Source of the DNA: Alphaproteobacteria bacterium
GTDB taxonomy: Bacteria; Pseudomonadota; Alphaproteobacteria; Micavibrionales; Micavibrionaceae
NCBI GenBank assembly: GCA_020443295.1
Contig: JAGRIJ010000018.1
Span: 1,249-65,248 of the forward strand
Reading direction: 5' to 3'
DNA length: 64,000 nt
Shown here: piece after piece, positions 25,615-35,758 of the stretch
Layout: the number at the start of each line of letters is the position of its first letter
How positions within the stretch are numbered: position 1 is the stretch's first letter
Notes under the pieces: model-generated
Told to the model about the DNA's origin: nothing
Databases searched by the model: none
What the model saw: the letters and a program-made list of their open reading frames with translations, nothing else
Translations under genes and position numbers: made by a program

Positions 25615-26850
25615 ATGTCTATGAAGCAGGAAAGCGACTCATACGGATTTGTCCTTAAGTTTATTCACTGGACGACAGCCCTGTTGATCATGGGGCTGTT
25701 GTTCGTCGGTCTTTATATGGCCGATCTGCCGCTCAGCGAAACCAAGCTGAAAATCTACATGCTCCATAAGTCCTTCGGGCTTCTGGTTCTTGCGCTGGTG
25801 GTCGTGCGCGTTTTCACGAAATTTCTCAGTCCAAAAGTCCGGTCGCTGGATACGCATCAGGCGTGGGAGAAGTTTCTGGCCAAGCTGACCCATATTTTTC
25901 TTTATTTTGCACTGTTTGCCATGCCGCTGTCGGGCTGGATCATGTCTTCTGCGGGGGAGTTTCCGGTTTCCTTTTTTGGGATTCCCGTCCCGCCGCTGAC
26001 GGCAAAGAACAAGGAGCTGTTTGATCTCTGCCGCGAATTTCATGAAGTGCTTGCGACGATCCTGATTGCCATCGTGGCTCTGCATCTGGCCGGGGCGCTG
26101 AAACATCATGTTATCGACCGCGATCGGACGATGATGCGAATGATGAATTCAAAGAATTATAATTTTGCCGGCGGGCTTGCGGTGGGGCTGTTGTTTGCCC
26201 TGCTTTTGGGCGCGAACATCCTTTTTGTCGCGGCGAAGGAACTTTCCGAGGACGAAGAGGACGAGCACCGTGCCCCTGCGGTTGTTCAGGCATCTGTCGA
26301 ATCGCCGGGCCTTCTAGAACAGGCAGTTCCGGCAGAAAATCAGTGGTCGATTGTCAAGGAGGACAGCCGCCTTGGGTTTGAGGCCACAGAATACGGGCAG
26401 TCTTTTAACGGGACGTTCGATTTTGGCGGGCGGATCGTGTTTGATCCCGGCCAGCTCGATCACAGTCTTGCAGATATCTCTATCGATATCGCCAGCATCA
26501 AGACGGGCAGCGATGATCGTGACGCTCAGGCGAAATCCGATGAGTGGTTTGATGTGAAGAGTTTTCCGGCGGCGCATTTCGTAACGGAAAAGTTTGAATC
26601 AAGCGGCGCGAATCAGTACACCGTTTCAGGAAAGCTGACGATTCGCGATGTGACACTTCCGGTTTCGTTCCCCTTTACCCTCATGATCGAAGATAAAGAT
26701 GACGATGAGCGCGAGGCGAACATGACTGCGGAATTGACACTCAACCGTCTTGATTTCGGAGTCGGAAGCGGTCAGTGGAAAAACACGGAAACCATAGGGA
26801 ATCCCGTCAAGCTTTCCATTGTAGTTCACGCCAAGCAGATGAAAGACTGA
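25615..26850 (+). CDS. Cytochrome b561 (YceJ-like, 4-TM di-haem) fused to a C-terminal YceI-like domain
   Basis: The N-terminal half has FIHWTTALLIMGLL, HKSFGLLVL and LKHH. The C-terminal half has LGFEATEYGQSFNGTF, SIKTGSDDRDAQAKSDEWFDVKSFPAAHF and SGKLTIRDVTLPV. Confidence 0.85.
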   Translation: MSMKQESDSYGFVLKFIHWTTALLIMGLLFVGLYMADLPLSETKLKIYMLHKSFGLLVLALVVVRVFTKFLSPKVRSLDTHQAWEKFLAKLTHIFLYFALFAMPLSGWIMSSAGEFPVSFFGIPVPPLTAKNKELFDLCREFHEVLATILIAIVALHLAGALKHHVIDRDRTMMRMMNSKNYNFAGGLAVGLLFALLLGANILFVAAKELSEDEEDEHRAPAVVQASVESPGLLEQAVPAENQWSIVKEDSRLGFEATEYGQSFNGTFDFGGRIVFDPGQLDHSLADISIDIASIKTGSDDRDAQAKSDEWFDVKSFPAAHFVTEKFESSGANQYTVSGKLTIRDVTLPVSFPFTLMIEDKDDDEREANMTAELTLNRLDFGVGSGQWKNTETIGNPVKLSIVVHAKQMKD

Positions 26851-26936
26851 AAAAAAATTTTTCGTTTATGCCCTCTGCTTTTTTTGTTTCCTTTTTTCTC
26901 CATTGAATATTTCCGGCGGTTCTTTAGAGTGAACTT

Positions 26937-27605
26937 ATGAGGACACTCTATCATTTCTGGCTTCATCCTTTCTCCCGAAAGGTCAGGATCGCTCTGGCCG
27001 AAAAAAGTCTTGATTTTGAATTGAAAGTTGAAAAAATCTGGGAGCGCCGCACAGAATTTCTTGCGATGAACCCTGCGGGAGATGTTCCCGTTTTGATTGA
27101 AGCCGACGGCACGATTCTTTCCAACTCGCAGGTGATCTGCGAGTATCTGGACGAGGTTTATACGGACAATAACCTGATCGGGCAGAATCCGGTCGAGCGC
27201 GCGGAGACGCGCCGTCTTGTGAACTGGTTTGACCGGAAGTTCAACAAGGAAGTCACCGACAATCTGTTCGGCGAAAAGCTGATGAAAACTTTCCTCAAGC
27301 TGGGGGAACCACACGGTCCGTCTATTCGGGCGGGGCGGGCGAATATCTACTATCATCTTGATTATATAGGATTTCTTACGGAACGGCGTACGTGGCTTGC
27401 GGGCGATTTTTTCTCGCTCGCGGATATTACCGCTGCGGCGCATATCTCCTCTATCGATTATATCGGCGATGTCCCGTGGGAACAGCATCCTGCTGCATTC
27501 AAATGGTATAATGCGATCAAATCCCGACCAAGCTTCCAGCCCTTGCTAGAGGAACGCATCCCCGGTTTTGAGCCGGTGGTTGATTATGCCCGAACCGGCT
27601 CTTAA
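26937..27605 (+). CDS. Glutathione S-transferase family protein
   Basis: Thioredoxin-like N-domain LYHFWLHPFSRKVRIALAEK...NPAGDVPVLIE...SNSQVICEYLDE, followed by a helical C-domain. Confidence 0.88.
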   Translation: MRTLYHFWLHPFSRKVRIALAEKSLDFELKVEKIWERRTEFLAMNPAGDVPVLIEADGTILSNSQVICEYLDEVYTDNNLIGQNPVERAETRRLVNWFDRKFNKEVTDNLFGEKLMKTFLKLGEPHGPSIRAGRANIYYHLDYIGFLTERRTWLAGDFFSLADITAAAHISSIDYIGDVPWEQHPAAFKWYNAIKSRPSFQPLLEERIPGFEPVVDYARTGS

Positions 27606-27619
27606 GAGGTTCTGGCATT

Positions 27620-28558
27620 ATGAACGCTCCTGTCAATCCATCACCGCAAAAGCATCTGTTTTGTTTCGGACACGGTTATTGCTGTGACTATCTGGGGCAC
27701 GGGCTGATGGAGAGCGAGGGCTGGCGCATTTCCGGCACCACACGTGATCCGGAGAAGAAGGAAGTTCTCAGGGAGCGCGGTATCCGGCCTTTTACGTTTG
27801 ATGAGACTCATCCGCTTGCCGACCCGTTGTACATTCTCAGGGACGTCACCCATCTTTTGATTTCCACGCCGCCGGGGGATGACGGCGATCCGACGTTTTT
27901 GATGCATGCCGAGGATATTTGCAAGCTCGCCGGGATTGAATGGATCGGTTACCTGTCCACTACCGGGGCTTATGGAGACCGCAACGGCGGGTGGGTCGAT
28001 GAAACGTCCGAGGTCCGGCCAACAACGATCCGGGGAACAAGGCGTGCAAAGGCGGAGGAGCAGTGGCTTTCCCTTTATCATTCCCACAGCCTGCCCGTTC
28101 ATATCTTCCGGCTTGCCGGAATTTACGGGCCGGGGCGCAGTGCGCTTGACTCGGTCCGGGCCGGGGTTGCGCGGCGGATCGACAAGCCCGGGCATGCTTT
28201 CAGCCGGATTCACATCGAGGATATCGTGCAAGTTTTGCGGGCTTCAATTACCAAACCTATGCCCGGCGAAATTTTCAATCTTTGCGACGACGAGCCTGTT
28301 CCGAGTCATGAAGTCATTGATTATGCCTGTGGCTTGCTTGGTCTGCCTTCGCCCCCTCTTATTCCTTATGACAAGGCCGATCTGGCGCCGATCACCCGCA
28401 GCTTTTATGCTGATAACAAGAGAGTCAGTAACGAGAAAATCAAGAAAGTTCTCGGGATCGATCTGAAGTACAAGAATTACAAGGACGGTCTGAAGGCGTG
28501 TCTTGCTGCGGAAAAACATGCGATTGGGACATTGCGGGATTACACGCAGCCGATCTAA
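27620..28558 (+). CDS. NAD(P)-dependent epimerase/dehydratase-like (atypical SDR) protein
   Basis: It has a Rossmann-like N-terminus and the blocks YLSTTGAYGD, LPVHIFRLAGIYGPGR and IFNLCDDEPV. Confidence 0.75.
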   Translation: MNAPVNPSPQKHLFCFGHGYCCDYLGHGLMESEGWRISGTTRDPEKKEVLRERGIRPFTFDETHPLADPLYILRDVTHLLISTPPGDDGDPTFLMHAEDICKLAGIEWIGYLSTTGAYGDRNGGWVDETSEVRPTTIRGTRRAKAEEQWLSLYHSHSLPVHIFRLAGIYGPGRSALDSVRAGVARRIDKPGHAFSRIHIEDIVQVLRASITKPMPGEIFNLCDDEPVPSHEVIDYACGLLGLPSPPLIPYDKADLAPITRSFYADNKRVSNEKIKKVLGIDLKYKNYKDGLKACLAAEKHAIGTLRDYTQPI

Positions 28559-28567
28559 TCTTCTTTT

Positions 28568-30550
28568 TTATGAGAACAGTTTTTGTTTGGCGCTGCGGGT
28601 TGTGGCGCTGAATTTGCTCGCATCGTAGGGCAGGCGGATCGTGACGGATGTTCCGATTCCCACGGTCGAGTCGATATGGATGCTGCCGCCGTGGAGTTCA
28701 ACCAGCTCTTTGGTTATGGACAAGCCCAGGCCTGTGCCTTCGTAGTCCTTAATGTAGTGCGTTGAAACCTGCTCAAAAGGACGCAGGACGGAGGCCAACT
28801 GGTTCACGGGAATCCCGATCCCCGTGTCGCAGATTTTCAGGGTCAGGTGCTCGTCCCGGGGTAAGCATTCCATCCAGACCGAACCTCCTTCTTTCGTGAA
28901 TTTCACCGCGTTGGCCAGAAGGTTCAGGATGATTTGCTTCAGGGCGCGCGCATCGGCGATGAGCGTAATATCCTTGGCAATGTCCTCATCGACCTCAAGT
29001 CGGATTTTTCCTTCTTCCGCGCGGCCTTTGACCATTTTGAGAGTGGCCTTGATAATTTCGCTCAGGCGGACCTTGGACAGGTCGAGGCAGTATTTTCCGG
29101 CCTCGATCTTGGACATATCCAGAATATCACTGATCAGATCCAGCAGGTGTTCGCCGCTTTCACGGATTCCGGTGGCGTATTCGGTATATTTCTTGTTTTC
29201 GACCGGGCCGAGGAGTTGATGTTCGATCATTTCCGAGAAGCCGATGATGGCATTCAGCGGCGTGCGCAATTCGTGGCTCATATTGGCCAGAAAACGGGTT
29301 TTGGCTGCGTAGGCCTGTTCCGAAGCGTCCTTGGCAGCTCTGAGTTCGCGCTCATAGAGAATGCGTTCGGTCATATCCTGCATGATTCCATAGAGGGCGA
29401 CTACTTCATTGGAGTCATCTTTTTCACACCGTCCTTCGCAATAAATATAACGGGTTTCCCCGTCGGGGCGCGTGATGCGGAATTCCATGTCGTAGTTTTT
29501 CTTTTCAATGATAGCTCTCTGGAATCCCTGGATCATGCGCGCGACGTCGCTTCGGTGGACCATATCGTCGACGCGTTTTAAGGTGGGCAGGAACAGGTTC
29601 TGGTCCACGCCGAAAATGCGGTAAATTTCCTCCGACCAGTTGATGTCTTCTGAATCGACAACCCAGCGCCAGTGGCCCATGCGTCCGATCGCCTCGGCTT
29701 CCGAAAGCTGCTTTTCACGCTGAATTAAGTCTTCCTGACGGTTTTTTATGGTCGTAATGTCGCGGCCCAGAGCGTAAATCAGGCCCCGGAAATTCTTAAG
29801 GGTCCATTCCATCCAGAGGGTCTGGCCATCGCGCGTCATCATCCGGCCTTCGAAGTCCGCCGTCTCGGATAGGTTTTTATCGATGGACCGTTTCAGGCGG
29901 ACAAAGTGAGTCAATGTGTTCGGTTTATCATCGACCGGAAAAAATTCCATAAAGCTCAAGCCCTTGATTTCATTGGGGCGGTAGCCGATGCGATTGAAGA
30001 AAATCTGGTTGGCGCGCAGCAGGTTGCCGCTACGGTCGAGGATGAGCATGATATCCTGCGACATGCCCAGCAACAGCAGCAATTCGTTTTGTTCTTCTAT
30101 GATATAGGGACTGCTTTCGGGGAGGTCTTCTTGTCCCGCCAGGCTTTTGTTGATCCGGGTCAGCAGAAAGCCCGCGTCTTCCTGACTGATTTTTTTCGTG
30201 GATTTGTCTACCTGGGAGGCGATCAGAAAACGTTTTTGATCGGGCGCTTCGAGCCAGTCAAACTGGAATTTGATTACCGAGCGGTCCGCCTTTAGCATCA
30301 GTGGATGAATGCCCGGTTTGATATTTTTAACGTCCGGGAAATTCTCTCCCTCTTCATCAGAAAACAAGAAAAGATCGTGAATGACTATTCCGGTTTTTTT
30401 TTCGTCAGACTGTCCGACCAGTTCAAAAAACGAGTCGGAGGCGAAAAGAATTTCCCCGTTTTCCGAAAAGGCGCACCGCGCGGGTTCCGACCCACGGTCA
30501 CGAAGAGAGAGGCCCTGCGGAGGGCTATGGCTCTGTTTTCTGGCGGACAT
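28568..30550 (-). CDS. Cytoplasmic multi-PAS sensor histidine kinase
   Basis: HisKA box FLANMSHELRTPLNAIIGFSEM. HATPase N and G boxes are LLANAVKFT and DTGIGIP...GTGLGLSITK. PAS/PAC-like repeats lie upstream. No TM segment or receiver domain was seen. Confidence 0.9.
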   Translation of the reverse strand: MSARKQSHSPPQGLSLRDRGSEPARCAFSENGEILFASDSFFELVGQSDEKKTGIVIHDLFLFSDEEGENFPDVKNIKPGIHPLMLKADRSVIKFQFDWLEAPDQKRFLIASQVDKSTKKISQEDAGFLLTRINKSLAGQEDLPESSPYIIEEQNELLLLLGMSQDIMLILDRSGNLLRANQIFFNRIGYRPNEIKGLSFMEFFPVDDKPNTLTHFVRLKRSIDKNLSETADFEGRMMTRDGQTLWMEWTLKNFRGLIYALGRDITTIKNRQEDLIQREKQLSEAEAIGRMGHWRWVVDSEDINWSEEIYRIFGVDQNLFLPTLKRVDDMVHRSDVARMIQGFQRAIIEKKNYDMEFRITRPDGETRYIYCEGRCEKDDSNEVVALYGIMQDMTERILYERELRAAKDASEQAYAAKTRFLANMSHELRTPLNAIIGFSEMIEHQLLGPVENKKYTEYATGIRESGEHLLDLISDILDMSKIEAGKYCLDLSKVRLSEIIKATLKMVKGRAEEGKIRLEVDEDIAKDITLIADARALKQIILNLLANAVKFTKEGGSVWMECLPRDEHLTLKICDTGIGIPVNQLASVLRPFEQVSTHYIKDYEGTGLGLSITKELVELHGGSIHIDSTVGIGTSVTIRLPYDASKFSATTRSAKQKLFS

Positions 30551-30693
30551 TTAAAAAAGAGAAAAAGAAAAAATGAAAATTGAAGAATCAAGAGACGAGC
30601 ATCTATTAAAGTTTAAGAAAAATCAGGGGGAGTAGCAAGCGTTCTATGTAAATTCCTTGTGGATATCCCTATGAAATTCTTTGAAGAAAAAAC

Positions 30694-30728
30694 CGGCCCG
30701 GTTTGTGGTCCGGGCCGGAACTCTCAGG
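30694..30728 (-). terminator. Intrinsic terminator of the dsbD-like/redoxin operon
   Basis: On the minus strand, CCGGCCCGG-accacaaa-CCGGGCCGG forms a 9-bp GC stem. TTTTTTTCTTC follows, 15 nt after the redoxin stop. Confidence 0.7.
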
Positions 30729-30742
30729 GGGCTAAAATGAAC

Positions 30743-31375
30743 TTAGTTGGTGGTTTTGTACTTCACGCCGCAGCCATAGGGGGCTGTTGTCGGCGTTTCA
30801 ACGGCTTTGCCTGCATTCAAATCATCCAGAGCTGCCAGTACATAGTTTTTGGCATCTTTGACGCTTGCCGGGTCGGCGTCCGGCTTGTCGTCGATTGCGC
30901 CGGCATAGGCCAGAACGCCTTCCTTATCGATCACAAACATGTGGGGCGTGGTTTTCGCGCCGTAGAGCTGTCCGATTTCGCCGGAGGGGTCGAGGATGCG
31001 GTTGGTATCGTGTGCGCCTACTTCTTCCTCGATTTTCATCGCTTCTTCAGCGGTGACGTTGCCCTGCATTCCGGGGGCAGAGGAGACGATTGAAACCCAG
31101 ACTGCGCCGTCTTCGGTCGCTTTTTGCTGGGTGGCCTGCATGTTACCGGAACCGTAGTGTTTTTTTACGAAGGGGCATTCATTGTTCGTCCATTCCAGCA
31201 CGACATTCTTGCCTTTGAGGTCACTTAGTTTGACTTCATTGCCTTTAATGTCTGTCGCGGTGAAATCCGGGGCAGGCTTGCCTACTTCAGCGGCTGCAAA
31301 AGCCGGGGTGACTCCGAGCGCAAAGGGCACGAAAGCTAGGGCCATAATGAATTTTCTCGATTTGTTAAAAATCAT
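30743..31375 (-). CDS. Periplasmic thioredoxin-fold (AhpC/TSA/redoxin-like) protein
   Basis: Signal peptide MALAFVPFALGVTPAFA. GKPAPDFTATDIKGNEVKLSDLKGKNVVLEWTNNECPFVKKHY is a redoxin-type N-terminus with a single Cys. Confidence 0.8.
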   Translation of the reverse strand: MIFNKSRKFIMALAFVPFALGVTPAFAAAEVGKPAPDFTATDIKGNEVKLSDLKGKNVVLEWTNNECPFVKKHYGSGNMQATQQKATEDGAVWVSIVSSAPGMQGNVTAEEAMKIEEEVGAHDTNRILDPSGEIGQLYGAKTTPHMFVIDKEGVLAYAGAIDDKPDADPASVKDAKNYVLAALDDLNAGKAVETPTTAPYGCGVKYKTTN

Positions 31376-31460
31376 AAGTGTATCTCCTCACAGGGGTTTC
31401 AGATCTGATGAACCTATCCGTTTGTTCGGTGAAGAGTCACGAAAGTTACAAAAAAATTAT

Positions 31461-33668
31461 TTAGTTTCTGGTGATGGTCGCGTGAACAATGCCGGGCGTC
31501 AGGAGTTGCGGAAGAACGACAGGATCCGGGCGTTTTCCCGTAACGGTATCAGGGGCGCCATAAAAGACGTAGATCGGTACGCCGCTGCGCCCAAAGGAAT
31601 CGAGATAGGATGTTATTTCCTTGTCATAATTCGTCCAGTCTCCGACGAGATATTGCACGTTTTGTTCGCTGAAGGCTTTGCGGGTTGACTGGATATCGAT
31701 TGCCAGCCTGTGATTGACTTTACAGGTAATACACCACGCGGCGGTCATCTCCACAAAGACGGGGTCTTTGCTTTCCAGAGCGGACGCAAGTTTTGAGGAG
31801 GAGTAGGCCTTGCCGAAGGATTCACCTGCGATCTGGGAGGCATTCGCGGTCGGTATTTCAGCAAGGGAATATAAAGACAGGACCGGGAGTATCAGGCAGA
31901 TCAGCAGGGGCGTCCGCGACATAATGCCGCAGCTGCAAAAGGGTTTAAAGTGTGCCAGCCAGATGGCCATGGACAAGAAGAGCATGCCCAAAAGGGTCAT
32001 CAGCACGCCTTCGGGTCCGGATTGCTGGGCGAGAATGCTGACCAGCCAGATCGAGAAGCCGAACATGGGGAAGGCCAGAAATTGCTTGAAGGTGTTCATC
32101 CATTTACCCGGGCGGGGGAGTATTTTCTGGGCCGCCGGGATGTAGCAGAGCAGGAGATAAGGAAAGGCGAGGCCGAAGCCGAGCGCAATGAAAATACTCA
32201 GTGCAACGGAGGCGCTCTGGACAAGCGCGTAGCCCAAAGCGGTGGCCATGAAGGGGGCCATGCAGGGCGTGGCGACAACGGTCGCCAGCGTTCCGGTGAA
32301 AAACGAGCCGAGCATCGAGTGTCTGTTTGTCAGGTTGTTGCCCAAATTACCAAGACTGGCCCCGATTTCGAAAAAGCCCATCAGGTTCAAACCCACGAGG
32401 AAAAGGAGATAGGCGAGCGTTGCCACAACAACCGGATTTTGAAGCTGGAATCCCCAGCCGATGGCCGAGCCTGCGGTTTTCAGGAAGACCAGCATCATGC
32501 CGACAACCATGAAGCTTATGATTACGCCTGCGGTATAAGACAGGCCGTGGGCACGGGCTTCTTTTTGTTCCTTACCCGAGAGTTTTGCCAGGCTGAGTGC
32601 TTTCATCGAGATAATCGGGAACACGCAGGGCATGAGGTTGAGGATCAGCCCTCCCAGAAAGGCAAAGAAGAGGGCGGTTGAATAGCTTGAGATTTCAGTG
32701 TGATGCGCTGTCTTGGTTCCGCCCGCGCTTTGCATCGACGGGTTTCCGGATATTGCCGGAGGGGCCGCCGATTCCTTTATTTTTTCCGGCGCGGCGGTCA
32801 GGCTGTAGCCCTGATAGATTCCCTGTTTGTCCTTAAAGGTCAGCAAGCCTTTCAGGCTTTCGAGCTTATCGACCGGCACATCGCCTCTTTCATGGCGGAT
32901 GACAAGGGTTCCGTCTTCTATGGCGGTCCGGGGTTGCGGGAAGTGGTTGATCAGGCCCCATTCTTCGGGGAAAAATTCGGCCGTTTCAAGCTGTACGTTC
33001 TGAAGGAAGGAGGGGTCTTCAGGCTTCAGGCGCATGACCAGTTTTTTTTCGTTTTCACCAAAAGTGAACGTGCCCTGCAGGGGCAGAGGCAATTTTTCCT
33101 GCGCTTCTTTTATCAGGTTGCCGTTATCCGTTTGCGGTTGCGCCGGGTTATTCAGGGTCAGGTCCAGCTCTGCGGTTTCCGGTACGCATATATCTTTACA
33201 AACCAGCATGTCGATCTTGGCATGAAGGGTCTGGGAACCTTCGGGAAGAGTGTCGGGGACCTTTAATTTCTGAAGAAGAGTGACATGGTTCTGATAGCCG
33301 TAATTTGCAAGGGGATCGACGAAAATTTTGTCCGGTACGGGCCAAATAATGTCCCCGATTTCAAATCCTTCGGGGAGAGTCCATTTGATCCGGATCGGCA
33401 GTCCGGAATCGCCGGGGTTGATCCAGTACAGGTGCCAGTGGGGGTAGATGGTGTGCTCGATCGCCAGCGTTACAGTGTCGCCGGCTTTCACCGGATCGTG
33501 TTCAGGGAGGATGCGTACATCCACGTAGTGATCGGGTTCCGGACTCTCTGCAAAGGCAAGGCCAGGTATGGTCAGGGCGAAGAATGCCAAAAGCAAAAAT
33601 ATGCATAAAGCCGGATGCCTTATGCATGATGTGTTTCCGCCTCTTGCTTTCATCCCGCTTATCCTCAT
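31461..33668 (-). CDS. Thiol:disulfide electron transporter, DsbD/ScsB family
   Basis: The N-terminal periplasmic domain has LVCKDICVPE. The CcdA-like core has LMPCVFPI and VATPCMAPF. The C-terminal thioredoxin domain has AAWCITCKVNH. The start may be at 33653 (MKARGG). Confidence 0.85.
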   Translation of the reverse strand: MRISGMKARGGNTSCIRHPALCIFLLLAFFALTIPGLAFAESPEPDHYVDVRILPEHDPVKAGDTVTLAIEHTIYPHWHLYWINPGDSGLPIRIKWTLPEGFEIGDIIWPVPDKIFVDPLANYGYQNHVTLLQKLKVPDTLPEGSQTLHAKIDMLVCKDICVPETAELDLTLNNPAQPQTDNGNLIKEAQEKLPLPLQGTFTFGENEKKLVMRLKPEDPSFLQNVQLETAEFFPEEWGLINHFPQPRTAIEDGTLVIRHERGDVPVDKLESLKGLLTFKDKQGIYQGYSLTAAPEKIKESAAPPAISGNPSMQSAGGTKTAHHTEISSYSTALFFAFLGGLILNLMPCVFPIISMKALSLAKLSGKEQKEARAHGLSYTAGVIISFMVVGMMLVFLKTAGSAIGWGFQLQNPVVVATLAYLLFLVGLNLMGFFEIGASLGNLGNNLTNRHSMLGSFFTGTLATVVATPCMAPFMATALGYALVQSASVALSIFIALGFGLAFPYLLLCYIPAAQKILPRPGKWMNTFKQFLAFPMFGFSIWLVSILAQQSGPEGVLMTLLGMLFLSMAIWLAHFKPFCSCGIMSRTPLLICLILPVLSLYSLAEIPTANASQIAGESFGKAYSSSKLASALESKDPVFVEMTAAWCITCKVNHRLAIDIQSTRKAFSEQNVQYLVGDWTNYDKEITSYLDSFGRSGVPIYVFYGAPDTVTGKRPDPVVLPQLLTPGIVHATITRN

Positions 33669-33757
33669 AAAATCAATGTTCAGGAAGGTTTATTTTAGCA
33701 ACTTTCAGGAAAGTATTCGTTACCATTCAACCTGCCGTTACCGGACCGCAAAGCATC

Positions 33758-35758
33758 ATGTCTTCACAATTCCCAGCCAACAGCCCTCAAGTTTCATCCT
33801 CTAGCCCTGATCAGCCGCTTTGGCAACCCAGTAAAGCGCAGATCGAATCTACAACGCTTTACCGCTTCATGCAGGAGCTTGGGGCACAAAAGGGCGTTAA
33901 TTTTGTGGATTATGCGTCTCTGTGGCGGTGGTCCGTCGATCATTCCGAGGAGTTTTGGGATTTTTTGTGGGATTTCTGTGACGTACAGGGCGAAAAGGGA
34001 GGAAGGATCCTTGATTCCAATGGCGGACAAATGCTGGGCTCCCGTTTTTTCCCGGATGGGAAGCTGAATTATGCGGAAAACAACCTGAAACAACGCGATG
34101 GGCAAACCGCAATCATCTTCAGGGACGAAAAAGGGGAGGAGCGCAGTTTTACCTATGCCGAACTTTACGATCAGGTCAGCCTGTGGCAGCAGGCCTTGAT
34201 CCGTGAAGGTGTCGGCAAGGGGGACCGGGTCGCCGGTTATCTGCCTAACCTTCCGGAAACGATTATCGCCGCGCTGGCGGCCATTTCGCTCGGTGCGATC
34301 TGGTCTTCGGCCTCGCCGGATTTCGGCGTGCAGGGTGTGATCGACCGTTTCGGGCAGATCGAACCGAAAATCCTGATTACCGTGGATGGCTATTATTACA
34401 ACGGGAAAATCATCGATTGCCTGCCCAAAGTCAGAGACGTACAGCCTTTGCTCAAAGGGCTGAAAAAGACCGTTGTCATTCCGTTTGCGGGGTCGTCTTT
34501 AAGCGCTACGGATCTTCAGGATGGTGTTTTGTCCGGCGGGTTTACGGATGGGCTGAGACCCAAGGATATCGAATTTACAAGGGTGGAGTTCAATCATCCT
34601 CTTTTTATCCTTTTTTCCTCCGGCACAACCGGCGTCCCCAAGTGTATCGTCCATGGTCACGGCGGAACGCTGCTCCAGCATCTCAAGGAGCACGCCCTGC
34701 ATTGCAATATCCGGGCGGGGGACAAGGTTTTCTATTTCACGACCTGTGGCTGGATGATGTGGAACTGGCTGGTGACCGGGCTTTCCTCCGGGGCTACGCT
34801 GTTGCTGTTTGACGGTTCGCCTTTCCATCCTGACGGGAATGTTTTATGGGATTATACTTCCAGACACGGGTGTACGCTTTTTGGAACGTCCGCGAAATAC
34901 ATCGATGCCTTGAAATCCAACGGTCTTTCGCCCGGTAAAACGCATGATCTTTCTGCGCTGCGGACCGTGACCTCGACTGGTTCACCTCTGGTTCATGAGA
35001 GTTTCGATTATGTGTACGCCTCTATTAAGTCCGATGTTCATCTGGCCTCTATTTCCGGGGGAACGGATATTGTCTCCTGTTTCATGCTCGGGAATCCGAT
35101 TTCCCCGGTCTGGCGCGGTGAAATCCAGGGGCCGGGGCTGGGGATGGCGGTCGATGTGTTCGATGAAGAGGCCAAGCCCGCGAGCATCAGCGCGGGCGAG
35201 CTGGTCTGTACCAAGCCTTTTCCGTGTATGCCGGTTTCGTTCTGGAACGATCCTGAATGCGTGAAATACAAGGCGGCTTATTTCGAGCGGTTCGAAAATA
35301 TCTGGGTGCACGGCGACTGGGTCGAAAAAACCCCGCATGGCGGGCTGATCATCCACGGGCGGAGCGATGCGACCTTGAATCCGGGGGGGGTACGTATCGG
35401 AACGGCCGAGATTTACCGGCAGGTCGAGCAGGTCGAGGCCGTGCAGGAGGCGATTGCCGTGGGGCAGGACTGGGACGATGATGTCCGGGTGATTTTATTT
35501 GTCATCCTCAAAAAAGGATGGGCGATGGATGAAAACCTGATCAAGGAAATCAAAACCAAGATCCGCAACGGCGCCTCGCCGCGCCATGTTCCGGCCAAGG
35601 TCATACAGGTTACGGATATTCCGCGGACGAAAAGCGGGAAAATCACGGAACTGGCGGTAAGGGACGTGATTCACGGGCGGAAAATCAAGAATGTCGAGGC
35701 TTTGGCCAACCCGGAAAGTCTCGATCTTTATAAAAATCTTGAGGAATTAAAGAGCTAG
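33758..35758 (+). CDS. Acetoacetyl-CoA synthetase (acetoacetate-CoA ligase)
   Basis: The 666-aa ORF has the AMP-binding motif [14 protein letters not shown]. The N-terminus [19 protein letters not shown] and C-terminus [16 protein letters not shown] are typical of this subfamily. Confidence 0.85.
   Translation: MSSQFPANSPQVSSSSPDQPLWQPSKAQIESTTLYRFMQELGAQKGVNFVDYASLWRWSVDHSEEFWDFLWDFCDVQGEKGGRILDSNGGQMLGSRFFPDGKLNYAENNLKQRDGQTAIIFRDEKGEERSFTYAELYDQVSLWQQALIREGVGKGDRVAGYLPNLPETIIAALAAISLGAIWSSASPDFGVQGVIDRFGQIEPKILITVDGYYYNGKIIDCLPKVRDVQPLLKGLKKTVVIPFAGSSLSATDLQDGVLSGGFTDGLRPKDIEFTRVEFNHPLFILFSSGTTGVPKCIVHGHGGTLLQHLKEHALHCNIRAGDKVFYFTTCGWMMWNWLVTGLSSGATLLLFDGSPFHPDGNVLWDYTSRHGCTLFGTSAKYIDALKSNGLSPGKTHDLSALRTVTSTGSPLVHESFDYVYASIKSDVHLASISGGTDIVSCFMLGNPISPVWRGEIQGPGLGMAVDVFDEEAKPASISAGELVCTKPFPCMPVSFWNDPECVKYKAAYFERFENIWVHGDWVEKTPHGGLIIHGRSDATLNPGGVRIGTAEIYRQVEQVEAVQEAIAVGQDWDDDVRVILFVILKKGWAMDENLIKEIKTKIRNGASPRHVPAKVIQVTDIPRTKSGKITELAVRDVIHGRKIKNVEALANPESLDLYKNLEELKS

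Noticed and set aside
26826-27488. 220-aa minus-strand ORF
   Set aside because: It is antisense to a well-supported GST gene and has no motifs.
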